A stretch of 64,000 nt of DNA from Candidatus Hydrogenedentota bacterium (GTDB lineage Bacteria; Hydrogenedentota; Hydrogenedentia; Hydrogenedentales; SLHB01), in assembly GCA_029974275.1 (NCBI GenBank), contig JARKSN010000275.1:1-64000 (forward strand), written 5' to 3'. The notes under the pieces were generated by a model. That model was not told where the DNA came from. It made no database searches and worked only from the letters and a program-made list of their open reading frames with translations. Made by a program: the position numbers and the translations under genes. Below are positions 50,673 to 59,559 of this stretch, in pieces; the stretch's first letter is position 1; the number at the start of each line of letters is the position of its first letter.

Positions 50673-52480
50673 TGCGTTGGTTCGTGTACATGGCGGTGTT
50701 TCTTCTTGCCGCCTCCATCGCCTATGCCGAGGGTTCGCTCAAGGCGACGGTCGACCGTGCATCGGTGCGCGCAGGCGAAATGCTCATGTTGACCATCGAA
50801 GCGCGCGGCAGTGACGTGGAAGAGCCTATTCCGCCCGAGGTAGACGGCCTCGCCATCGACAAACGCCCCAGTCGCAGGGCCGATCAAATGAATGTCGTGC
50901 TCGGCGGCGCGCGCACGGTTGTGAAGATGCGCGGTTTTGTCGTGCGCACGACGCGCGCGGGAGCGTTCCGCATTCCCCCCGTCACGGCGGTCATCGACGG
51001 CAAGGTCCTTGCGACGCCGCCTATTGACGTGACCGTCACGGACAATGCCGCCGCGCCTCAATCGTTGCCGTCGCATCTCGCCGGCGTCTCGCAGGCGGAT
51101 CCAGGCGTCCAACCTAACCGATCTCCGACGTTCGAAGATATTGTTTTCGCCGAAGCGTCCACGGACAAGAGAGAGGCATGTCTGGGCGAACAGATCACGC
51201 TCACCTTGAGCCTGTGGGTGTTGAATATGGAAGGCGTTGGCGTCGAAGAGGCGCAGCAGATGGAAAGCCCCTGGCCCTCCACGGAAGGGTTTTATGCCGT
51301 GCCGCAGACGCCACAACGCATCAGCGATTCACTGCAGCAACGGAATGGCTGGCAATATCACGTCATTCAGTTCCGCCAGATGTTGTATCCCACGAGCGTG
51401 GGCGATCTGACCATTGGGTCGTGGACCTGGCAGGGCTATGCGCGGGCATTTACGCAGATGGGCGTGCAGCGGAAGGAATATTCGATCGTCAGCCCGCCGA
51501 TCGCCATCAAGGCGATGCCATTGCCCGAACGGCCCCCGAGTTTTGCCGGCGCGGTTGGTCAGTTCGATATCACGGCCAACATGGCCAGCTTGGGCATTGT
51601 GCAGGGCGTGCCCGCCAAGTTGACGGTGCGGATCACGGGGCGGGGCAATCCCGACGCGATCGGCGATCCCGTGCTGCCCAAAATCCCCGGGGCGTATGTC
51701 GGCGAACCTGAAAAGCAGAGCAACCCGGTGATAGGGCCGGACGCTGTTTCGGTGGAAAAAACGTTTACGTACGGCATCACGCCGCAACAGGCGGGAACGC
51801 TCGAAGTTCCTCCGTTCGATTACAGCTACTTCAACCCCGCGACAAGGCAATTCGTCGTTCAGACGCTGGGACCGTTTACGGTGAATGTCGCCCCATCAAC
51901 CGAGCCCCAGCAGCGCATCCTGACAGGGGAAGCACTGCTTAAACCCGAAGCGAACGCCGTGCAGGTGGTTGGCCACGATATACAACCCATACGCAGCAGC
52001 GCCGCCCGGCGCCTGCATCGCGTTGCCCCATCGCCGCTGACGGTTCCTGCGGCGACGGCTCTGCCGCCGCTGGCTTATGCGGTTTTTACGCTGTATGTGC
52101 GCCGCAAACGACGTTTCGAGCACGACGCGGCGTATGCGCGCGCGTACCGCGCACATTCGCGCGCCGCGAAACGCATCGAAGAGTCGTTTGCATCTTCCGA
52201 ACCGGCGACAAATCTTTTCCGTGCCTTGAGCGGCTATGCGGCGGACATATTCAACGCGCCGGAAAACGGGATCACCGCGGAGGATGTCGAGCATCTTTTC
52301 TCAAAACACGGCATGGACCCCGCCATATGCGGACAATTTTCGCGCGTTTTTCGCGCGTGCGATCGCGCTCGCTACGCCGGGGCCTCTCTGACCCAAGAGG
52401 AGATCCGGGCGTTGATCGATGCCGCGCATGCCGCGTGCAAAGCCGCCGAGGCGTTTGTGAAGAAGGGGGGCGTGTCATGA
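50672..52480 (+). CDS. batD: BatD protein
   Basis: Signal peptide, three Ig-like repeats, 'GAVGQF', 'SYFNP', C-terminal TM. Confidence 0.85.
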   Translation: MRWFVYMAVFLLAASIAYAEGSLKATVDRASVRAGEMLMLTIEARGSDVEEPIPPEVDGLAIDKRPSRRADQMNVVLGGARTVVKMRGFVVRTTRAGAFRIPPVTAVIDGKVLATPPIDVTVTDNAAAPQSLPSHLAGVSQADPGVQPNRSPTFEDIVFAEASTDKREACLGEQITLTLSLWVLNMEGVGVEEAQQMESPWPSTEGFYAVPQTPQRISDSLQQRNGWQYHVIQFRQMLYPTSVGDLTIGSWTWQGYARAFTQMGVQRKEYSIVSPPIAIKAMPLPERPPSFAGAVGQFDITANMASLGIVQGVPAKLTVRITGRGNPDAIGDPVLPKIPGAYVGEPEKQSNPVIGPDAVSVEKTFTYGITPQQAGTLEVPPFDYSYFNPATRQFVVQTLGPFTVNVAPSTEPQQRILTGEALLKPEANAVQVVGHDIQPIRSSAARRLHRVAPSPLTVPAATALPPLAYAVFTLYVRRKRRFEHDAAYARAYRAHSRAAKRIEESFASSEPATNLFRALSGYAADIFNAPENGITAEDVEHLFSKHGMDPAICGQFSRVFRACDRARYAGASLTQEEIRALIDAAHAACKAAEAFVKKGGVS

Positions 52481-53271
52481 ACGCGGCGCTGTTTGCGGCG
52501 CTCCTGCTTGCGGCCGGTCACCCTTTCAACGATGTGTTTGATCGGGCGACATCGGCGTACAACCGCGGCGATTTTGCCGGAGCCATCCAAGGCTATGAAC
52601 AACTTGTGGCCGAGCGCGTGAACGATCCCGCCGTGTTCTACAACCTCGGCAATGCATACTATCGCACGGGGCGTCTCGGCGTAGCCATTGCGAATTACGA
52701 GCGAGCCTTGCGCCTTGATCCCCATTTCGAGGACGCGCAGCAGAATCTCGATCACTGTCTGGACAAGACCAAGCGCCGTTTGGCGCGTCCGCTTCCGCCC
52801 GACTGGGAGCAGAGTTTGCTGTTCTGGCACTACGGCATCGGCGAAGGGACCACGCGTGCGTTGGCGATACTTTCGTGGTCGGCTTTTTGGGCGATTTTAG
52901 GCGTGCGGCGATGGCGCAATGTTCGATATCTGGGCGTGACCGCCGCGCTGATCGGCGTTGCGGCGGCGGGGTTCGGGGCGTCCGCGTGGGCCAAGGCGCA
53001 CCCCGAGGAACTCGCTGTGGCGATGGCGGAGACCGTGCCGGTTTTCTATACGACCAGCGACAGCGGCACCGTGCGGTTTGAGTTGTACGAGGGTGACCGC
53101 GTGCAGGTCGTGGACCGCCGCGGCGACGAGTGGCTGCGCGTGCGGACCATCGATGGGGAGCAAGGCTGGGCTTCGCGCAAGCAGATGATGCCGGTAGGCC
53201 CGCCGTATCTTCCACCTCCGCCCATGCAGTCCGTGTCCAAGCCGGTCAGCGCCGAGGAGATCGCCCCATGA
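52477..53271 (+). CDS. batE: BatE TPR/SH3 protein
   Basis: 'FYNLGNAYYR...ANYERALRLDP', two TMs, SH3b-like 'ELYEG...WLRV...GW'. Confidence 0.85.
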   Translation: MNAALFAALLLAAGHPFNDVFDRATSAYNRGDFAGAIQGYEQLVAERVNDPAVFYNLGNAYYRTGRLGVAIANYERALRLDPHFEDAQQNLDHCLDKTKRRLARPLPPDWEQSLLFWHYGIGEGTTRALAILSWSAFWAILGVRRWRNVRYLGVTAALIGVAAAGFGASAWAKAHPEELAVAMAETVPVFYTTSDSGTVRFELYEGDRVQVVDRRGDEWLRVRTIDGEQGWASRKQMMPVGPPYLPPPPMQSVSKPVSAEEIAP

Positions 53272-55970
53272 ACCGCGCATTTCCCGACCTCGTCGAACTC
53301 GCACGCACCGATCCGATCGCGGCGCGCGCCCTGGAACGCGAAGAGTGTCTCGACGCGACGCGGCAATTCGCGTCCGAACGGCGTCAGGCCATCCGGGCAA
53401 TGCACGACGCCGGCGAGTCAGGCAGCAACGTCGTCCACATGCTTTCCGAGCTTGCAGACCAAATTTTGCGCGGCGTTTTTTCGATTGGGCAATGCGTCGC
53501 CCACGTGCAGGCGACGGTGCGCTCGCGGGTTGCCCTATGCGCGTTGGGCGGGTATGGCCGGGCCGAACTGAGTCCCTACTCCGATTTGGACGTCTGTCTC
53601 TTGCACGAAGGCAAAATGGACAAGGGCATCGAGGAACTCAACGCTTTCTTGATCCCCTTTCTCTGGGACCTCGGCTTCAAAGTTGGGTACACAACCTATC
53701 GCGTTTCCGAAGCGATCGATCTTGCCAAGGCCGATATGAAGGTTTTCACGAGCTATCTGGAAAGCCGCCTGATTTGCGGCGACAGCTCGGTGTTTGCTCG
53801 TCTCAAAATGTCTGTGCGCGAACTGCAATCGGGCGAGATGGCCGATCGTTTCATCCGGCAAAAAGTCATCGATCGCACCGCAGCGTTGAGCCCCGAGCGA
53901 CATGATTTGTATCATCCCGAACCCGATATCAAGGAAAATGCCGGCGGCTTGCGCGACTTCCACACGGCTCTGTGGCTGTTGATGATGGCGTACAGCGTCG
54001 ACACGCTGGACGAGGCCGTGGCGCAGGGCCTTATCGCGCCCGACGAGCAACTCGAGTTTGTCGAAAGTCTCGACTTTATCTGGAGAATTCGCAACGAACT
54101 GCATTTCCGATCGAACACGGAAGACGATACGCTCTCCTTCGCCCATCAGGTTCCCCTGGCCAAGGCCCTGGGATACGCGACCGCCGAAAACCACCCCAAC
54201 GTCTGGCGGTTCATGGCCGACTACTACCGGGCGGCGGTCAATTTGCGCCGCTTTCTCAAGATCGCGACGCGCATCTGCAATCTGCCCTCGATCATCGGCG
54301 ACGAAGAATTGCCGTCGGTTCCGGACATCTCCGTTGCGAATGGCGAATTGCACGCTGGCACCGGAGACCCCAACTGGTTCGCGCATCATCCCCCGCGCCT
54401 GATGGAGGTCTTCTGGAAATGCGCGCGTCTCATGGCCCCGCTGAGCCGTCCGACCGAACGTCTTGTCGCCCAAAACCTTCACCTCGTGAACGAAGCGTTC
54501 CGTTTCAGCGATCTGGTGCGTCGTTTCTTCGTGGCGCTGTGCAACCGCCCATACCAGGCGGGGCACGCCCTGCGCCAAATGGCGAACACCGGGCTTCTCG
54601 GCGCTTTTATGCCGGAATTCGCCGCCGTAGAAAGCGTCATCCGCTACGAAGACTTCCACTTCTATCCCGTGAACGAGCACACCCTGCGTGCGATAGAGGC
54701 TTTGGGAAGCCTACAGGATTTGGAGGGACCGGTGGCCCAATGCCTGCGCGAAGCGCTGGACAATCTTACCGATCCCTACATCCTCGTGATGGCGATTCTT
54801 TTCCATGATTTGGGCAAAGCCGCCAGCGAAGTGCACGTCGAAGAAAGCGCGCGTCTTGCCCGCGCCATTTGCCGCCGCATGCACCTGCCCGAAGACGACG
54901 CGGAGCGCATCGCGTTTCTCGTTCAGCACCATATGCTCATGACCACGCTGAGCCAGTACCGCGACGTGGACGACGACGACACCGTAACCCATTTCGCCGA
55001 CACGATGAAAACCGAGCAACGCTTGCGCGCGCTGTTTCTGCTGTCGTATGCCGACCTCAGCGCCGTCGGTCCGAACGTGTGGACCGAGTGGAAAGGCGCG
55101 CTGCTGATGAAACTGTATTTGCGCAGCGTAAAACGTCTGCTCGGACGCGCGGAAACGGCCGGCGAGGATTTCTGGCGTTCGCCGAAGGCCGCGCAAGTCA
55201 GCGAACTCGTCCGCGAGGACTTGCGCGCACATGTCGAGGACCATATCCGCGGACTTGGGCAACGCTATCTCACCGCCTTTTCCCCCGCGCATATCGCCAT
55301 GCACTTGGAATGCGTTCACGCGGCCCAAACCGACGGCTTGGCCCTTCGTTGCGCGGCGCACCAAGACACCGGCATGAGCGAAATCGTCGTTTGCACACAA
55401 GACCGCCACGGTCTCTTCGCCAACCTAGCGGGATGTTTTTCCGCACAGCTCATCGACGTAAACAACGCGGCCCTTTTCACCAGGCCCGATGGATACGTCG
55501 TCGATTGTTTTACGGTGTCGGACGCGCGACTGCGCACGCCGCTGACGCCGAACCAGCAGGCGGCGCTCGATGCGGTCCTGCGCGCGGTCCTCTTCGAAGA
55601 AAAAGACGTGGACGACCTTGTGGAACGTTCGCGGCGGCGACTGTTCGCTTTGTTGCAACCGCGGATACCCGTCCCCACGCGCATTCTGTTCGACAACGGC
55701 AGTTCGCGCAACCACACCGTGATCGACATCGAAACAGGCGACCGGACGGGTCTATTGTATGATCTTACGCGGGCGCTGACCGATGTCGGATTGGATATCG
55801 CAACGGCGCACATCGTGACCGATGCGCGCCGCGTGCGGGACTCGTTCTATGTAACCAAGGACAACCAAAAAATCGAGGAAACCGGAGCCCAGGAGGCGAT
55901 ACGCGACATGCTCCATGCCGCGATCCACCCGCGCGCCGCCCTCGAAGCCAAAGGAGGAGACGTTCTATGA
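53268..55970 (+). CDS. glnD: PII uridylyltransferase / uridylyl-removing enzyme
   Basis: 'GGYGRAELSPYSDLD', 'EPDIKENAGGLRD', HD domain 'VNEH...FHDLGK', two ACT domains. Confidence 0.93.
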   Translation: MNRAFPDLVELARTDPIAARALEREECLDATRQFASERRQAIRAMHDAGESGSNVVHMLSELADQILRGVFSIGQCVAHVQATVRSRVALCALGGYGRAELSPYSDLDVCLLHEGKMDKGIEELNAFLIPFLWDLGFKVGYTTYRVSEAIDLAKADMKVFTSYLESRLICGDSSVFARLKMSVRELQSGEMADRFIRQKVIDRTAALSPERHDLYHPEPDIKENAGGLRDFHTALWLLMMAYSVDTLDEAVAQGLIAPDEQLEFVESLDFIWRIRNELHFRSNTEDDTLSFAHQVPLAKALGYATAENHPNVWRFMADYYRAAVNLRRFLKIATRICNLPSIIGDEELPSVPDISVANGELHAGTGDPNWFAHHPPRLMEVFWKCARLMAPLSRPTERLVAQNLHLVNEAFRFSDLVRRFFVALCNRPYQAGHALRQMANTGLLGAFMPEFAAVESVIRYEDFHFYPVNEHTLRAIEALGSLQDLEGPVAQCLREALDNLTDPYILVMAILFHDLGKAASEVHVEESARLARAICRRMHLPEDDAERIAFLVQHHMLMTTLSQYRDVDDDDTVTHFADTMKTEQRLRALFLLSYADLSAVGPNVWTEWKGALLMKLYLRSVKRLLGRAETAGEDFWRSPKAAQVSELVREDLRAHVEDHIRGLGQRYLTAFSPAHIAMHLECVHAAQTDGLALRCAAHQDTGMSEIVVCTQDRHGLFANLAGCFSAQLIDVNNAALFTRPDGYVVDCFTVSDARLRTPLTPNQQAALDAVLRAVLFEEKDVDDLVERSRRRLFALLQPRIPVPTRILFDNGSSRNHTVIDIETGDRTGLLYDLTRALTDVGLDIATAHIVTDARRVRDSFYVTKDNQKIEETGAQEAIRDMLHAAIHPRAALEAKGGDVL

Positions 55971-57394
55971 AGAAGACAACATGGGCTCTTATCGCGGCAT
56001 GCCTTGCCGCATTCGTGGTTGTTGCGCCGGCTTGGGGGGCGCCTTCGCTCGTCAAAGAACTGGAGGATACGTTCGTCCGTATCGGCCAGGAAGTTCGGCC
56101 CTGTGTGGTCAACATCGAAGCCGTTGGCGTCGAGCAACAAGACCAGATGCAGGGACTCGACCGAGAAAAGATCGAGGATTTCTTCAAGTTTTGGGGCATT
56201 CCTGTTCCCCAAGACGGAGGCAGACCGCGTCCGCGCACGCAAGTGGCGACGGGCTCCGGCTTCGTGTACGACAAGCAGGGCCATATCATCACCAACAACC
56301 ACGTGGTTGCAAGCGCTAAGTCGTTGAAGGTTCATTTCTGGGATGACACCATTCTGGAGGCGACTGTGGTAGGGCGCGATCCCGACAGTGACGTGGCCGT
56401 GATCAAGGTGAACCCTTCCAAAGAATTGCAGGTCGCCAGACTAGGCGACTCGGACGCCTTGAAGACCGGCCAGTTTGTTATCGCGTTCGGAAGCCCGCGC
56501 GGACTGGAAGGTTCGCTCTCGTTTGGCCATGTCAGCGCGCTGGGCCGCGAAAAATTGGCGATTCCGGGGCTGCGCTTCTTCAACCTCATTCAGACCGACG
56601 CGGCCATCAACCTTGGCAACAGCGGAGGCCCCCTCGTGAACATCGACGGCGAGGTGATTGGCATCAACACCGCGATCGTGTGGGGCGCGCAGTCGCTGGG
56701 TTTCGCCGTGCCCATCAATACCGCGAAAAAACTTGTTCCGACGCTTATCAGCGAAGGCAAAGTGACGCGCGGCTACTTGGGAGTGCGCGTGCGCGACGTC
56801 AAAGAGTTTGCGGACAGCCTTGCGCTGCCCGACGCCCAGGGAGCTTTCGTCGAAATGGTCTCTCCCGGAACCCCGGCGGAACGCGCCGGGCTCAAGCCGT
56901 ATGACGTGATCCGCAAGGTGAACGATGAGACGATCGCCACCGACACCGACTTGGTCAACAAAATTTCCGATATCCGGCCCGGCCAGAAGACGACGTTAGA
57001 AGTGTGGCGCGACGGAAAGGCCATTTCCGTGGAAGTGACGCCGACGGCGTTCCCGGGCGAAGAAAAAATTGCCGTCGCCGAAAAATCGGGGATTCTCGGA
57101 ATCACCGTGCGTCCCTTGGGACAGGGCGAACGCCAGGCGATGGGACTGGACGCATCCGTAAACGGCGTGCTCATCGACGATATCGAACCGGCCAGTCCTG
57201 CGGAAGAAGCAGGGTTGGCTCCGGGCAACATCATCACCGAAATCGCCAAGCAGCCGGTTTCCAGCGTTGAAGAATTCCAGTCCCTTATCCGGAAAAACGC
57301 CAAGGCTGGATCCTCCCTTCTCGTTCGCGTCTATCGCGAAAACCAGATGCCCAGCATCCTCGTGATCAAAGTGCCGCAGGACTACAAAAATTGA
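55967..57394 (+). CDS. degP: HtrA/DegP serine protease with two PDZ domains
   Basis: Signal peptide; triad 'TNNHV', 'SDVAV', 'GNSGG'; 'RGYLGV', 'LGITV'. Confidence 0.92.
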   Translation: MKKTTWALIAACLAAFVVVAPAWGAPSLVKELEDTFVRIGQEVRPCVVNIEAVGVEQQDQMQGLDREKIEDFFKFWGIPVPQDGGRPRPRTQVATGSGFVYDKQGHIITNNHVVASAKSLKVHFWDDTILEATVVGRDPDSDVAVIKVNPSKELQVARLGDSDALKTGQFVIAFGSPRGLEGSLSFGHVSALGREKLAIPGLRFFNLIQTDAAINLGNSGGPLVNIDGEVIGINTAIVWGAQSLGFAVPINTAKKLVPTLISEGKVTRGYLGVRVRDVKEFADSLALPDAQGAFVEMVSPGTPAERAGLKPYDVIRKVNDETIATDTDLVNKISDIRPGQKTTLEVWRDGKAISVEVTPTAFPGEEKIAVAEKSGILGITVRPLGQGERQAMGLDASVNGVLIDDIEPASPAEEAGLAPGNIITEIAKQPVSSVEEFQSLIRKNAKAGSSLLVRVYRENQMPSILVIKVPQDYKN

Positions 57395-57404
57395 TTGCGC
57401 GCGG

Positions 57405-57436
57405 GACGCAGGGCGCGCGTCAACGCGCCCTGCGTC
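57405..57436 (+). terminator. 13-bp GC-rich hairpin ending the bat-glnD-degP run
   Basis: GACGCAGGGCGCG, 6-nt loop, CGCGCCCTGCGTC; only a weak U tract follows. Confidence 0.6.
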
Positions 57437-57517
57437 TTCGTAAAAGATAAAACAAAACACGCGACGGGGAGCGTCAGCGCTCTCCTGCATCCGGGGCGCT
57501 TCTCCTTCCGGCCTCTT

Positions 57518-57546
57518 TTGACGGTTGATGCAATGCCTGCTAGACT
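57518..57546 (+). promoter_or_regulatory. Putative sigma-70 promoter (TTGACG-17-TAGACT, extended -10)
   Basis: Near-consensus hexamers upstream of the MEMO1-like gene. Confidence 0.6.
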
Positions 57547-57596
57547 GAGAAAGGCGTTCCGTGGTCTGGGAACAAGCCTGGAGAGGAGACGGAGAC

Positions 57597-58421
57597 ATGA
57601 CGCCGGAAACGACTCGCGCGGCGGCGGTGGCGGGTCAGTTCTACGCCCGCGATCCCGAGGAACTCCGGAACACGGTGAAAGCGCACATCGAAGAAGCGCA
57701 CGTGTCGCCTGCGCCGCGACAAGTGGACGCGCTGATCGTGCCGCACGCCGGCTATATCTACTCCGGTCCGACGGCAGGTCATGCGTTTGCGCGCGTCAAC
57801 GGAAAGGAAGTCGATCGGGTCGTGTTGGTGGGATGCAGCCACCGGTTCCACATCGACAAAGCGTCCGTATGGACGCGCGGCGCGTTCGCCACGCCGTTGG
57901 GCGAATTTCCCGCGGATGCGGCATTCTCGGCAGAGTTGGCGCGAAAGACCGGTTCAGCGGATGCCGAACCTCATGTACTCGAGCACGCACTCGAGGTTCA
58001 ACTGCCGTTCATGCGCGCGGCTCTTGGCGTCGTTCCCATCGTTCCCGTGTTGCTGGGAGGGCCGATAACCCGCTGGCATGAGGAGTTTGGGGAAATGCTG
58101 GCCCACATGCTTGGTCCCAACGATCTTGTCATTGCCTCGACCGACCTCTCGCACTACCTGTCTCAAGACGAAGCGACGGCGATTGATCGCCGGACGATTG
58201 CGGCGATTCTTGCTGGGGACGTCGCGGCGTTCGGCGAATGCATACGCGACCGCCGGTGCAGCGCATGCGGCGCGGCAGCCGTTGCAGTCGCGATGGCCTA
58301 TGCCACGGCGCGAAAGGCGGACCATTGGGAACTGCTTGACTACCGCACCAGCGCGCACGCATCAGGCGATTGCAGCCGCGTCGTGGGGTATGCCGCGATC
58401 TCCATGGAGCGCGCAACATGA
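57597..58421 (+). CDS. amrB: AmmeMemoRadiSam system protein B (MEMO1 family)
   Basis: 'AVAGQFY', 'VPHAGYIYSG', 'EHALEVQLPF', 'STDLSHY', 'ACG', 'VVGY'. Confidence 0.9.
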   Translation: MTPETTRAAAVAGQFYARDPEELRNTVKAHIEEAHVSPAPRQVDALIVPHAGYIYSGPTAGHAFARVNGKEVDRVVLVGCSHRFHIDKASVWTRGAFATPLGEFPADAAFSAELARKTGSADAEPHVLEHALEVQLPFMRAALGVVPIVPVLLGGPITRWHEEFGEMLAHMLGPNDLVIASTDLSHYLSQDEATAIDRRTIAAILAGDVAAFGECIRDRRCSACGAAAVAVAMAYATARKADHWELLDYRTSAHASGDCSRVVGYAAISMERAT

Positions 58422-59518
58422 CCGTAGGCGACGTCTGCGCTTGGATCGAAGAGTGGGCTCCGCCGGGTCTTGCATACGAGTGGGACAATCCGGGGCTGGC
58501 TCTTGGAGCGCCCGAAAATGAAGTGTGCGGCGCGCTTGTCGTTCTCACGGCGACCCGTCTTGCGTTCGAACGCGCTTTGGCGTGCGGCGCGAACCTCATC
58601 GTGGCGCATCACCCGCCCATCTTCCATCCGATTCTTTCGCTGCGGGAGGACCATCCCAGCGTTCGCCTGTTGTTGGACATGGCGCGCGCGGGAATGTCCT
58701 GTTACGCTGCGCACACCAACCTTGATGTGGCGCCGGGCGGCGTCAGCCAGGCGCTTGCGCGGCAAGTGGGACTGCGCGACATCGCGCCGCTGCTTCCTGC
58801 GCGGCATGCCGGCATGGTCAAGCTTGTAACCTTCGTGCCGGAATCGCACGTGGCGATCGTGCGCGAGGCCGTTTGCGCGGCGGGCGCCGGCGTCATTGGC
58901 GCGTATACGCATTGTACGTTCAGTGCGCCCGGCACAGGCACTTTCGCGCCCGGCGATGACGCAAATCCCTTTTCCGGAGTGAAAGGCGCGCTCAACGAAG
59001 AGCCCGAGCGACGTTTTGAGACGCTTGCGCCCCACGCCATTCTCGATCGCGTTATCGGAGCCCTGAAGCGCTCCCATCCGTATGAGGAGGTCGCCTTCGA
59101 CATTGTTCCGCTTGAAAACCGCGACACGAAGACGGGATTAGGCGCGCGCGGCACGCTCGCCGAAGCAATGCCCCTGAACGCTTTTGCCGCGCACCTTTGC
59201 CGCGCACTCGATGTTTCACACGTTCGCGTCATGGGCTCTCCCAAGACGCTTGTCCAACAGGTCGGCGTTATTGGCGGGTCGGGCGCCGACGCAATACGCG
59301 AGGTGGCCGGCAAGGTAGACGCGCTGGTGACAGGAGACGTCAAGTATCACGACGCCCTCTTGGCGCAAGAACTTGGGCTGGCGGTGGTCGATGCGGGTCA
59401 CGAGGGTTCCGAACGCTGTATCCTGGAGGCATTGGCGGATTATCTAAAACGGCGCGCACCATCCCTTCCCGTGGATATCTACCGGGAGCCTGAGACCTTC
59501 CGCATTGTCGGCGCATAG
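58418..59518 (+). CDS. NIF3/DUF34 dinuclear metal protein with inserted PII-like domain
   Basis: 'WDNPGL', 'AHHP', 'HTNLD', 'HPYEEVAFD', 'GDVKYH', 'DAGH'. Confidence 0.92.
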   Translation: MTVGDVCAWIEEWAPPGLAYEWDNPGLALGAPENEVCGALVVLTATRLAFERALACGANLIVAHHPPIFHPILSLREDHPSVRLLLDMARAGMSCYAAHTNLDVAPGGVSQALARQVGLRDIAPLLPARHAGMVKLVTFVPESHVAIVREAVCAAGAGVIGAYTHCTFSAPGTGTFAPGDDANPFSGVKGALNEEPERRFETLAPHAILDRVIGALKRSHPYEEVAFDIVPLENRDTKTGLGARGTLAEAMPLNAFAAHLCRALDVSHVRVMGSPKTLVQQVGVIGGSGADAIREVAGKVDALVTGDVKYHDALLAQELGLAVVDAGHEGSERCILEALADYLKRRAPSLPVDIYREPETFRIVGA

Positions 59519-59546
59519 TCGCCGTCGCCGTTGCGGGCGAGGGCGA
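59519..59546. terminator. Hairpin between convergent genes
   Basis: TCGCCGTCGCC / GGCGAGGGCGA, an 11-bp stem with one mismatch. Confidence 0.4.
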
Positions 59547-59559
59547 TTCTCGGAGCGCG

